DNA of 29,827 nt from Candidatus Micrarchaeaceae archaeon (GCA_038882355.1 JAVZOJ010000001.1:1-29827); one strand, 5' to 3'; positions 1 to 8,346 are shown, counted from the stretch's first letter. A program made the numbers and translations. Notes: generated by a model not told the origin, from the sequence alone.

Positions 1-1
1 T

Positions 2-1228
2 TTGAAGTCGCAACAGGAGCTTCTTACAGCAATGCAAGAAAAGAAATATCCTATCACAGGGCAGAGCGAGCTTAGTTCTGGCGCAATGGTGAGAACAGAG
101 CCAGTTCCATGTGACTTTATACTTGTTGCTGCAGGAAACCTTCAGGATATAGAGAGGATGCACCCGGCTTTAAGGTCAAGAATAAGGGGATACGGATATG
201 AAGTATATATGGAATCTTCCATGCCAGACACTGAAGAAAACAGGAAGAGGCTCATCAGGTTCATTGCCCAAGAGATAAAAAAAGATGGCAGGATACCGCC
301 GTTCAGCTACGAAGCGTGCATGGAGATAATAGAAGAGGCAAAAAGAAGGAGCGGAAGGAAAAACAGGCTCACCCTGGTGCTTAGGGACCTTGGAGGCATC
401 GTAAGGGCTGCAGGAGACATAGCAAAAGAAAACGGCAAGAATATCGTAGAAAGGGAAGACGTGGAAAAGGCTCTAGGAATATCTAAGCCGATAGAAGCGC
501 AGTTCGTTGAGCAGATATTGCAATACAGCAAAGACTATCAGGTATTTAGAAAGAAAGGATTTGCCATAGGAAGGGTAAATGGCTTGGCTGTTATAGGGAC
601 CTCTTACCTTTCTGCCGGCCTCGTCCTCCCTATAGTAGCAGAAGTGACTCCTGCAAGTTCAAAGACCGAAGGAAAGCTAATACCTACAGGCAAGCTTGGA
701 AAGATAGCCCAAGAGGCAGTGAAAAACGTAAGCGCGATCATAAAGAGACACATAGGAAAGGACATGGCAAATTACGACATACACGTGCAGTTCGTGCAGG
801 CTTCTTCTGGAGTAGAAGGGGATAGCGCAAGCATATCTGTTGCAATCGCAGTAATATCTGCTCTTGAAGGCATACCTGTAGACCAAAGCGTGGCCATGAC
901 AGGCTCGCTTTCCGTGAGAGGAGATGTGCTTCCTGTAGGAGGGATTACAAACAAAGTAAAGGCTGCAATAGAAGCAGGAATGAGAAGCGTTATTATTCCT
1001 TATGCAAACAAAGACGATATTTACATCTCAAAAGATGAGCTGAAAAAGATAAAAGTGATTCCTGTGAAGACCTTTGCTGATGTAATAAAGAATTCATTCA
1101 AGAAAGGAAAGAGGTCAGACGCGCTAGTGAAGGAGCTACAGCAATATATGAATAGCGACTCGAAAGAAAGGAGCCCTATAACGTCTTTGGGTGTTTTGGG
1201 TGCAAAAAAACTCGAAAATAAAGCTTGA
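2..1228 (+). CDS. lonB: Archaeal ATP-dependent protease LonB, C-terminal part (5' truncated by window)
   Basis: AAA+ tail ([18 protein letters not shown]) followed by a Lon protease domain with Ser-Lys dyad: GDSASIS ... [15 protein letters not shown] is open at the window start. Confidence 0.95.
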   Translation: MKSQQELLTAMQEKKYPITGQSELSSGAMVRTEPVPCDFILVAAGNLQDIERMHPALRSRIRGYGYEVYMESSMPDTEENRKRLIRFIAQEIKKDGRIPPFSYEACMEIIEEAKRRSGRKNRLTLVLRDLGGIVRAAGDIAKENGKNIVEREDVEKALGISKPIEAQFVEQILQYSKDYQVFRKKGFAIGRVNGLAVIGTSYLSAGLVLPIVAEVTPASSKTEGKLIPTGKLGKIAQEAVKNVSAIIKRHIGKDMANYDIHVQFVQASSGVEGDSASISVAIAVISALEGIPVDQSVAMTGSLSVRGDVLPVGGITNKVKAAIEAGMRSVIIPYANKDDIYISKDELKKIKVIPVKTFADVIKNSFKKGKRSDALVKELQQYMNSDSKERSPITSLGVLGAKKLENKA

Positions 1229-2297
1229 AGAACTCGGAAATAGGCTTGTGGAGGAAATCTATTCAGGAAAACCTCCTAAGTTTACAACATATGCAAGGAC
1301 GAGGTCAAACATAATATATGATGAAAAGCAGAGAGTACTAAGACTGGGAGAAGCAAAGGAGGAAAGGAATTTCTTTAATATAAGCCAGTCAAAAAAGTTT
1401 ATGCAGACAATCGCAATAGCAGCGAAGTGCCACAAGTTTTTGTCAGAAAATTTGCATACTTCAATCAGGGGGCTCTTTTATCAGCTGAAGTTCTCTTTCG
1501 GGGAAGAAATAGAAGAAAATATGTTCAACGAGCAGGAGGAATCCAACCCGCTTATAGAGGACCTTGAGGTGGCGCTTGGGGTAAAGAGGGAAGACTTGAA
1601 CCTGAACGCAAAGAGGAGAGGGGTGCTTGTTGGAAATATGAAAGTGATAGACAGATTCGGAGGGGACCTTACTGAGATTGATTGCAGCAAAGTAGGGAGA
1701 GGCGGTTGGGCCATACCTAGCGATGTAGACAACGAGATAGAGTTCAAAGACATTAACGCAAAGTATGTCCTTGTGGTTGAGAAAGACGCAGTTTGGCAGA
1801 GGCTCAATGAAGACGGGTTCTGGAAAAAAGAGAATTGCATATTAATAACCCCTGAAGGGCAAGCGGCGAGGGGCACAAGGAGGCTCATAAGGAAGCTTGC
1901 AGACATGGGCCTGCCAGTATATGTATTTACAGACTCAGACGTATGGGGATGGTACATTTATTGGACCATAAAGACAGGCAGCATAAACCTTGCCTACATT
2001 AGCAAAGAGGTGGCTACGCCAGAAGCAAAGTTTATAGGCGTGTGCATGGTATCTGACATGGAAAGGTACGACTTCCTAAAGAAGCTCACAATAAACGCTA
2101 CAGACCTGGACATAAAGAGGGCCCAAGAAATGCTGAATTATGAATGGATAAAAAAGCACGGAGAATGGGTCAGGGAGCTTGAGACTGTGATAAAGACTAA
2201 GAAAAAGCTCGAGCAAGATGCGCTTCAGGCCCCAAGGCTCACATTTATAGGGGACTATATTAGGGAAAAGATAAGCAAAGAAGAATTCTTGCCATAG
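1200..2297 (+). CDS. top6A: DNA topoisomerase VI subunit A (Spo11-like)
   Basis: Catalytic-Tyr region [16 protein letters not shown] motifs VLVVEKDAV and [27 protein letters not shown]. Start moved from 1191 to GTG at 1200 because GGGTG (1189-1193) sits 6 nt upstream. Overlaps the lonB 3' end. Confidence 0.95.
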   Translation: MQKNSKIKLEELGNRLVEEIYSGKPPKFTTYARTRSNIIYDEKQRVLRLGEAKEERNFFNISQSKKFMQTIAIAAKCHKFLSENLHTSIRGLFYQLKFSFGEEIEENMFNEQEESNPLIEDLEVALGVKREDLNLNAKRRGVLVGNMKVIDRFGGDLTEIDCSKVGRGGWAIPSDVDNEIEFKDINAKYVLVVEKDAVWQRLNEDGFWKKENCILITPEGQAARGTRRLIRKLADMGLPVYVFTDSDVWGWYIYWTIKTGSINLAYISKEVATPEAKFIGVCMVSDMERYDFLKKLTINATDLDIKRAQEMLNYEWIKKHGEWVRELETVIKTKKKLEQDALQAPRLTFIGDYIREKISKEEFLP

Positions 2298-2299
2298 CG

Positions 2300-3610
2300 T
2301 TACCAAGGCAATGTCCCTAGATCTTCAAGGCCAAGCCTGCTCAATGCGCTCTCTTGGTCGTCATAATAGGCCTTGCAGAATTCGTTTATGCTGTGCACAT
2401 CCCTCATGCCTCTCTTGTTAAGCTCCTCGAGGATCCTTGCCCTTCTCTGCTCTTCAAGTATTATTTCCGTAGGGTGGTATCCGGTAAGCTTTGAGAGCGT
2501 GTCCCTGTAAGATATACTTGGAAGAACCTCGGAAGATTTGTGTGTTTTGTAGTCATACTTATAAAGGTCTGATAGGAGAATTTGCGTTTCTATCCCAGAG
2601 ATTTCGCTTACTTGGGTTATTTTCCTCACATATTTTCCATATTCATTGACCTGAGAAACTACAATAAGAGCGTCGATAAGAGGCACTATGTCCATCTCTA
2701 CGTTCATTGGTGAATGCTGAAGCCTTGTTACAATGTCTCTTGCTGTGCTCGCATGTATTGTTGTCATGGATATCTTCCCTATGTTCATCGCAGTCATCAT
2801 GTCTTTTGCCTCGCTCCCCCTCACCTCTCCTATTATTATTATGTCAGGTCTCATTCGTAAGGCAGCCTTGACAAGGTCTGCCATCGTAACGTCTTCGGCA
2901 GTCTCAAGCCTTACGCAATTCTCCTGGGTATCTGTGTAAAGCTCATAGGTCTCTTCTATCGTTATTACCCTTGCCTCTGGCCTGAAGAAGCTAAACATCG
3001 CGTTGAGGAGCGTCGTCTTCCCAGCGGCAGGAAGGCCTCCTATTACCAAGTTTGCGGGCCTTACTTTTAGTCCTTCTGCATAAAGCCACAGCCTTGCAGC
3101 GAGGTTATAGCTGAGCTCCCCCAAGTTTATCAAGTCAATAATGCTTAGCGCCTTCCCTTTAAAGTTCCTTATTGTAATGTTTGGCCCCAAAGGGGACTCA
3201 ACGACATTCGCCCTTGAGCCGTTGGGAAGGTGCATGTCGAATATCTTTTCCTCAGAGCTTGTGGTTGCAAAGAGCGCCATCTTTTTAACGATGAGATCCA
3301 ACTCCTCCCTGTCTCTTATCGCGTCTTCGACCTTGACAGAACCTTTTCCAGAGACGTAGACAAACATGTTTTTGGTATTATTTACCATAATGTCTTCTAC
3401 GCTCTCGTCAGAGAGGTATTTTCCTATCGGTCCATAAGAGAAAATGTCGTTATAAATTTTTTCAATGTCTTCTTTTGAGGCGCTCGCATCAATCCTTCTT
3501 GCTTCGTTAAAAATCATTTCTTTCTTTTCGTTGTCGTTTAGCCCAAGCAACTTTCCTTTCAAATTGGTTAATATTCTCTTCTCCAATTCCAATAAAGGCT
3601 TTTCAATCAT
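2300..3610 (-). CDS. Type IV pilus / type II secretion assembly ATPase (VirB11/TadA/FlaI family)
   Basis: Walker A GGLPAAGKTT, Asp box TIEETYEL, Walker B RMRPDIIIIGEVRG, His box TTIHAS, and an archaeal-type C-terminal helical tail. Confidence 0.92.
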   Translation of the reverse strand: MIEKPLLELEKRILTNLKGKLLGLNDNEKKEMIFNEARRIDASASKEDIEKIYNDIFSYGPIGKYLSDESVEDIMVNNTKNMFVYVSGKGSVKVEDAIRDREELDLIVKKMALFATTSSEEKIFDMHLPNGSRANVVESPLGPNITIRNFKGKALSIIDLINLGELSYNLAARLWLYAEGLKVRPANLVIGGLPAAGKTTLLNAMFSFFRPEARVITIEETYELYTDTQENCVRLETAEDVTMADLVKAALRMRPDIIIIGEVRGSEAKDMMTAMNIGKISMTTIHASTARDIVTRLQHSPMNVEMDIVPLIDALIVVSQVNEYGKYVRKITQVSEISGIETQILLSDLYKYDYKTHKSSEVLPSISYRDTLSKLTGYHPTEIILEEQRRARILEELNKRGMRDVHSINEFCKAYYDDQESALSRLGLEDLGTLPW

Positions 3611-3617
3611 AGAGTAT

Positions 3618-3650
3618 TTTTCTTAAGAAAAGGATATAAAGTTAAACTTT
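3618..3650 (-). promoter_or_regulatory. Promoter of the pilus ATPase gene: TATA flanked by two palindromes
   Basis: Minus-strand TTTATAT at 3634-3640, 24-30 nt upstream of ATG 3610. Perfect 14-bp palindrome TTTTCTTAAGAAAA at 3618-3631 and AAAGTT-A-AACTTT at 3638-3650. Confidence 0.5.
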
Positions 3651-3699
3651 TCAGAAATCTTTATAATACAAGGGTTGAGTATTAATTAGTGGTGCTATT

Positions 3700-4893
3700 T
3701 TGAAAAAGGAATATCTTTTGCTTAGAGAAATAAAGAGACTGAAGTCAATAAGAGGCACAGGGACGCAGCTGATAAGCGTATACATACCCGCAGGCTTCTC
3801 AATAGCGGAAGAGATGAGCAGGCTAAGAGACGAATACAGCCAATCGTCAAATATAAAGTCAAAAACTACGAGGAACAACGTCTTGTCAGCGCTTGACAAA
3901 ATAATGCAATACCTAAAGCTCTTCAAAGAGGTACCTAAAAATGGGCTTGCCATATTCTGCGGAAACATCTCTCAGGAAGAAGGAAAAGACCAGATCGAGC
4001 TTTTTTCCATAGAGCCGCCCCATCCTCTTAAAGTGAACATATACAGGTGCGACTCGACATTTTTGCTTGATCCGCTTGAAGAGATGCTTTCGATAAGGGA
4101 ATCTTATGTGCTCCTTGTTATGGATGGTAGAGAGGCAACGGTTGCGACAATGAGGGGCTCGCACATACAAATAGTAAAAAGGCACAATTCAACTGCGCAC
4201 GCAAAAGTAAAAAAGGGCGGCCAGAGTGCAAGAAGATATGAAAGGCTAAGGGAGGAAAGCATAGAAGACTACTATAAGAGGGTGTCTGAAACAATAAACT
4301 CTTTGTTCGAGCAAAACAATTTTTCTTTTCAAGGGCTTATCATAGGGGGTCCTGGCCCTGCGAAGGAAGATTTCTCAAAAGGGAAATACCTCAACTACCG
4401 TGTGAAGATACTTGGAATATACGACACAGGTTATACTGACGAATATGGACTGAGGGAGCTTGTAGACAAAGCAGAAGAATTGCTAAAGGAAGAGCAGGCA
4501 ACAAAGGAGAGAAAGGTTATTGAAAAATTTAAAAGCGAAGTAGTAAGAGATGGGCTTGCGACATACGGGTACGAAAATACATTGAAGGCAGTAAAGGGAA
4601 ACCAGGCAAGCCTGCTTATAATAGATGAAGAATTGGAGCTATATAGGGTAAAATACCTTTGTGAAAAGGAAAACATAGAGTTTGAGAAGGTAGAAAAAGG
4701 CAACGAAAGACAGAAGGTCCATGAATGCGGGGGCGGGTTGAAAGTTTTGAAGGAAAGCGACGCAATAGAAGAGATTATAGATGAGGCAGAAAAAAGAGGA
4801 ATAAGTATACAAATGGTATCTGAAGAAAGCCCTTATGGGAAAGAATTCTTTATGGGCTTTGGAGGCATAGGGGCTTTGCTAAAGTACAAATAA
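3700..4893 (+). CDS. prf1: Peptide chain release factor aRF1 (eRF1 family)
   Basis: NIKS motif (SSNIKSK), YxCxxxF (YRCDSTF), GGQ (KKGGQSARRY), C-terminal FGGIGALLKY. TTG start with GTGGTG upstream. Confidence 0.97.
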   Translation: MKKEYLLLREIKRLKSIRGTGTQLISVYIPAGFSIAEEMSRLRDEYSQSSNIKSKTTRNNVLSALDKIMQYLKLFKEVPKNGLAIFCGNISQEEGKDQIELFSIEPPHPLKVNIYRCDSTFLLDPLEEMLSIRESYVLLVMDGREATVATMRGSHIQIVKRHNSTAHAKVKKGGQSARRYERLREESIEDYYKRVSETINSLFEQNNFSFQGLIIGGPGPAKEDFSKGKYLNYRVKILGIYDTGYTDEYGLRELVDKAEELLKEEQATKERKVIEKFKSEVVRDGLATYGYENTLKAVKGNQASLLIIDEELELYRVKYLCEKENIEFEKVEKGNERQKVHECGGGLKVLKESDAIEEIIDEAEKRGISIQMVSEESPYGKEFFMGFGGIGALLKYK

Positions 4894-4913
4894 AATGCAC
4901 ATAAAGCAACAAA

Positions 4914-4972
4914 AAGGTGGGAAGAGGAAGGAAGGTGGGGAGGGTGGGTTTTTAAAAATCAAGACCTTCCTC
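4914..4972. repeat. Purine/G-rich low-complexity tract with inverted-repeat partner, between convergent genes
   Basis: AAGGTGGG twice (4914, 4932); G-runs at 4919-4921, 4937-4940, 4942-4944, 4946-4948; GAGGAAGG (4924-4931) is complementary to CCTTCCTC (4965-4972). Confidence 0.5.
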
Positions 4973-5000
4973 GACCCAAATAATATATTGACAATATAAT

Positions 5001-6221
5001 TTAAATATCTTTCATACTTTGAAAATTTTTTGCGGAATTTTTCGGATTTTGATAAACAATAGAGTCCAGCGCAGCTTCTACCTTATTAGGTTCGCCCACT
5101 CCCAAAATGAAAGAATTGGTTCCAAGTATGTTGCTAATTTCTTCTTTTTCTTCTTTGGGGATTTCGTAACTGCTCAATAGTATCAATACGCCAAACTTGT
5201 TCTCTATTTCTTTCACCTCTTCTTTTAACAATTCAATTTCTCTTTCTATTCCTGTGGCTATAGCCCTTGCGTTGCCGTAAAGCTTGCTAGAGATAAGCGG
5301 ATGCTTCGAATAAGCCATTATGCCTGTAACGTCAAAATAGTTGGACCTTCTCCTTTTCATTGCAGAAGGATTTTCCACAATAAGGCCAAATATATTCCCA
5401 ATAATTACTATCGCCCCTCCCAAAACATCTTGCAAAGAGACTGCTTCTTTCAAGAAAATAGAGGACAGCGCAAATGTAATAAATGGAGAAATAAGCATAA
5501 TATTTCCGACAAAAGATGGATCCAGGCCTTTTAATGCGTAAAAGTAAAAGAATCCGGCTATAAAATATGCGAAGAGAGCAGTTGTAAAAGCTTCAAGGAG
5601 GAAAGTAGAGCTCAGAGTGATGTGATAGAATGGGAGGAAAAAGGAGATAAAAAGAAGGGAAAAGATGTTAAACAAACAAAGCTGAACAATTATGTTCACA
5701 TTGACTTTTTTTGCCAGAACGTTTGAAATGGCAGTAAAGAATGCAGAGAGAAATACAAGAACGAGGTACTTGCTTGCTTGGATATTGACCCCATAAAGGA
5801 TCGTAAAAGAAAACGCAATAAAGGAAATGAGAGAGACAAACAGCCTTCTTGCGCTTACTCTGTTGCCCAGAAGCAGTGTTATGAGCGGTATTGTCATAAG
5901 CGGCCAGCTTCGCGAAACAACGTAGGCCAAATTTACTCCTGTGTGCAGTTCTCCTATTGTCAAAAGAAGCCCTGCAACTGCGAAATTTAGAACACCTGCA
6001 AGAGAAATCATTGTGAGCTCTCTCCACTTTAAATTCGCCTTTACTTTCTTCCTGTTCTTAAATAGCGCTAAAGAAGAAATAATAGAGGAAAAGAGAAACG
6101 TGAAGAAAAGGAAAGGCACAGTTCCGCTAGATCTTCCGCCTAAATATAGAAATATGGGAAGAGATGCTAAAATAAGAAGGGAAATAAAAAGGTAAACGAG
6201 GCTTTTTATTAAGGCTTCCAC
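5001..6221 (-). CDS. EamA/DMT family transporter with an extra ~120-aa soluble C-terminal domain
   Basis: About 10 hydrophobic segments in two repeats; DMT-like motifs (HTGVNLAYVVSRSWPL; FYFYALKGLDPSFVG...SPF...LSSIFLKEAVS...GGAIVIIG), followed by a hydrophilic tail. GTG start. Confidence 0.85.
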   Translation of the reverse strand: MEALIKSLVYLFISLLILASLPIFLYLGGRSSGTVPFLFFTFLFSSIISSLALFKNRKKVKANLKWRELTMISLAGVLNFAVAGLLLTIGELHTGVNLAYVVSRSWPLMTIPLITLLLGNRVSARRLFVSLISFIAFSFTILYGVNIQASKYLVLVFLSAFFTAISNVLAKKVNVNIIVQLCLFNIFSLLFISFFLPFYHITLSSTFLLEAFTTALFAYFIAGFFYFYALKGLDPSFVGNIMLISPFITFALSSIFLKEAVSLQDVLGGAIVIIGNIFGLIVENPSAMKRRRSNYFDVTGIMAYSKHPLISSKLYGNARAIATGIEREIELLKEEVKEIENKFGVLILLSSYEIPKEEKEEISNILGTNSFILGVGEPNKVEAALDSIVYQNPKNSAKNFQSMKDI

Positions 6222-6292
6222 AGCATAACTTTTAATAAAATGTTTTTATATATTAGCTAAATATTAAATTTTATTGCACACATTTTCGGAAA

Positions 6293-7309
6293 TTGGTAAG
6301 TGGTTCATTGAAAGAATATGGTTACATAAAGAAAGTCATCACAAGGGTATTGAGCGAAGACTGCAGGACAAGCATTACAGAACTTTCGAAGAAAATAGGG
6401 ATTTCTAGAAATAGCGTAAGGAAATATTTGCTGCAGATAGAAAAAGAATTCAAGCCAAAGTATACTATAGAGCTTGACAAAAACCTTTTGAAAATAGCAA
6501 ATAGGCATTTCGTTGTGGCGAAGTTTAAGAATCGCCCTTCAGAAAAGGAGCTAAAGGAGATTACAGAAAAAGACATTAATATTCAGATAGCCGCTATTAC
6601 CAAAGGAGACTTTGATGCATTTTTCTATTTGGAAGCAATAGAAGGGAATGAATATACAGAAGCGGAGAACAGGCTCTCGGTGTCACTTTCTAAGTTTACC
6701 CCTACAATCTCGCCTTCATACATCACTTCGCTCCAAACTGGCTTCCTCCCCTCTTCTGAAGCCTTTATAAAGAAGGCCCTTGGCGCAAGCGAAACAAAAG
6801 AAGTGGATCTGAAAATCATATTGGAGCTTATGAATAATGCAAGAGAAAGCTACAGAGAGATAAGCAAGAAAGTAGGAATAAGTGAAGATTCAGTAAGGTA
6901 TAGGACGTTCAGACTCAAGGAGATGGGGTTGATAAAAAGATTTACAATGGCATATATGAGCCCTCCACTGAACCATGTTTTCTGCGCTTTGTTCAATTAT
7001 GTATTTTCTCAAGACATAGGGTTCAAAGCCGCAAAGGCAAGGAACGCCTATTTTGACCAAGAAAGCGAGTTGGGAATTCAGAATAAGTACAATCTGCTAG
7101 TGTCTATGACCGGAAGTTATAGGTTCATGATGTTTGTATCTGGAGAGACCACGGAAAACGCCCTTGAGATTGGTGTAATGAAGCACAAATCGATTTTTGG
7201 AAATTCCATATCTTCTTCTGCATGTGCAGAAGTAAAAAAGATAGTGAAAGGATATCTTCCAATAAGGAACATAGATCTGAAGAAAGACTATAAACAAATA
7301 AAGGTTTAG
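6293..7309 (+). CDS. Tandem (double) Lrp/AsnC-family transcriptional regulator
   Basis: Two Lrp-type HTH units: LSEDCRTSITELSKKIGISRNSVRKYL and DLKIILELMNNARESYREISKKVGISEDSVRYRTFRLKEMGLIKRFT, each followed by a ~100-aa effector-like domain. Confidence 0.88.
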   Translation: MVSGSLKEYGYIKKVITRVLSEDCRTSITELSKKIGISRNSVRKYLLQIEKEFKPKYTIELDKNLLKIANRHFVVAKFKNRPSEKELKEITEKDINIQIAAITKGDFDAFFYLEAIEGNEYTEAENRLSVSLSKFTPTISPSYITSLQTGFLPSSEAFIKKALGASETKEVDLKIILELMNNARESYREISKKVGISEDSVRYRTFRLKEMGLIKRFTMAYMSPPLNHVFCALFNYVFSQDIGFKAAKARNAYFDQESELGIQNKYNLLVSMTGSYRFMMFVSGETTENALEIGVMKHKSIFGNSISSSACAEVKKIVKGYLPIRNIDLKKDYKQIKV

Positions 7310-7962
7310 GCTCTCTCTATTTCTTTTGCAGAAATTTCGTTGCGCATGACAGCGCTTGCTCCAGCCTCGAGAAGCTCCTTTTCCGAAAACAATGATTCTA
7401 CCCCTATCGCCTTGATTCCAAGCTCTTTCGCTCCTATTATCATATACTTAGAGCCTGAAACAAGCTTGAATTCGTCAACATTTGAAATCTCTTTGCATCT
7501 TTCCTCTGCTTTTTTTATTATCTCTGCTGCATTATCTCCTTCATTTCCCCAGCCGCCGGTATAAAGCCTGCTCGATAGCCCAACCTTTTCTAATTTAAAT
7601 TTCGCAACCCTTTCAGGCTCCCACGTTGCGATTCCTACAAACGTTCCTGATTTGGCAAGCTTTTCTATTGAATCTCTCCCGCCTTTTATTTCTACCAGCT
7701 TGTCATGACCCGCTAGGTTGTAGTAAGAATAGTACATTTCTTCTGCGCAGTCACTTATCTTCCTATTTATTTCCCCTTCTTCTACGCCTTCTTTCAGGAG
7801 TATTTCCCTTATCGCCTGCCTTGCAGGTACACCGATATACTCGTTTACAGGCAGGCTTACTTCTATTCCATATATGTTCCTTATGGCCTCTTTTATATAA
7901 TCAGATACCTCTTTCTTCTCCTTCACCAACGTATGGCCTACGTCAAAGAGTATACATTGCAA
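7306..7962 (-). CDS. HAD-superfamily (phosphoglycolate phosphatase-like) protein with degenerate catalytic motifs
   Basis: Motif I ILFDVGHTL, motif II IATW, C-terminal GAKELGIKAIGV...SEKELLEAGA. Start reassigned to TTG 7962 (GGTG upstream); the longer ORF to 8064 overlaps the tRNA. Confidence 0.8.
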   Translation of the reverse strand: MQCILFDVGHTLVKEKKEVSDYIKEAIRNIYGIEVSLPVNEYIGVPARQAIREILLKEGVEEGEINRKISDCAEEMYYSYYNLAGHDKLVEIKGGRDSIEKLAKSGTFVGIATWEPERVAKFKLEKVGLSSRLYTGGWGNEGDNAAEIIKKAEERCKEISNVDEFKLVSGSKYMIIGAKELGIKAIGVESLFSEKELLEAGASAVMRNEISAKEIERA

Positions 7963-7984
7963 AGAGACACCAAGATTTTTTATT

Positions 7985-8000
7985 AAAGAAAGTATATAAA
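7985..8000 (+). promoter_or_regulatory. BRE-TATA promoter of tRNA-Gly
   Basis: AAAGAAAG followed by TATATAAA (7993-8000), 25-32 nt upstream of the tRNA 5' end. Confidence 0.6.
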
Positions 8001-8024
8001 TAATGTTATAAATATCTTTTATAC

Positions 8025-8098
8025 GCGAGTGTAGTCTAGCCTGGTAAGGACTTTGGCCTTCCAAGCCAAAGACCCGGGTTCAAATCCCGGCACTCGCA
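8025..8098 (+). tRNA. tRNA-Gly (anticodon TCC), intronless, CCA not encoded
   Basis: Acceptor stem GCGAGTG/CACTCGC plus discriminator A; D arm TAGTCTAGCCTGGTAAGGAC; anticodon arm TTGGC-CTTCCAA-GCCAA; T arm CCGGG-TTCAAAT-CCCGG. Confidence 0.97.
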
Positions 8099-8136
8099 TC
8101 CACGACATGGCTTCTTCCAGAAAAATTCAAACTTGG

Positions 8137-8272
8137 CAGACTGGGCAACTTAGCCCTTTGAGCAATATGCGTTTTGCTGCCGAGAGCAAGTGACAAAAAA
8201 CTTGCTCTCATTATGCGGCAGAGCCATGATGTTGAAGAGAGTCTCAAAACCTAAGGGCAGAAGCAAGGTCTG
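8137..8272 (+). ncRNA. Candidate structured ncRNA (nested rod-like hairpin) of unknown class
   Basis: Nested helices: 8137-8142/8267-8272, 8153-8158/8253-8258, 8159-8162/8243-8246, 8163-8168/8229-8234, 8177-8182/8216-8221, 8183-8191/8200-8208. Two G-U pairs favour the + strand. Confidence 0.5.
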
Positions 8273-8318
8273 AATAGTTACTTTCACATAAATAAAATTG
8301 CTTTATGATAAAGATCGC

Positions 8319-8339
8319 CGCAGATGGCAAAACCCTGCG
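8319..8339 (-). terminator. Possible hairpin downstream of the DUF460 gene
   Basis: CGCAG/CTGCG stem with inner GG/CC, 7 nt past the stop codon, followed on the minus strand by U-rich sequence. Confidence 0.3.
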
Positions 8340-8346
8340 AAATTAT

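Noticed and set aside
3700-4893. Stop-codon reassignment
   Set aside because: TAA, TAG and TGA all terminate conserved genes in the window, and aRF1 has normal NIKS, YxCxxxF and GGQ motifs.
5668-6195. Overlapping alternative-frame ORFs within the EamA gene (and similar 60-190-aa shadows throughout the track)
   Set aside because: They lie inside or antisense to well-supported genes and lack motifs.
7963-8064. N-terminal extension of the HAD ORF in the track
   Set aside because: Overlaps tRNA-Gly and its promoter; HAD motif I begins right after TTG 7962.
8025-8098. tRNA as the attachment site of an integrated element
   Set aside because: I saw no second copy of the tRNA 3' end and no integrase in the window (manual inspection only).
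8141-8149. CTGGGCAAC, identical to a segment of the HDV ribozyme, near a tRNA 3' end (theta-ribozyme idea)
   Set aside because: No upstream P1 5' strand, P3/L3 or P2 could be built; the only complement (GGTCTG) lies downstream and is explained by the hairpin.
8226-8273. Possible C/D box sRNA (ATGATGT ... CTGA)
   Set aside because: Box C is imperfect, internal C'/D' boxes are unconvincing, and the segment is paired within the larger hairpin.
8101-8346. SRP RNA, RNase P RNA, 5S rRNA or intron in the post-tRNA gap
   Set aside because: No SRP helix-8 CAGG/GNRA/AGCA, no RNase P GAGGAAAGUCC, and no 5S or group I/II core motifs on either strand.
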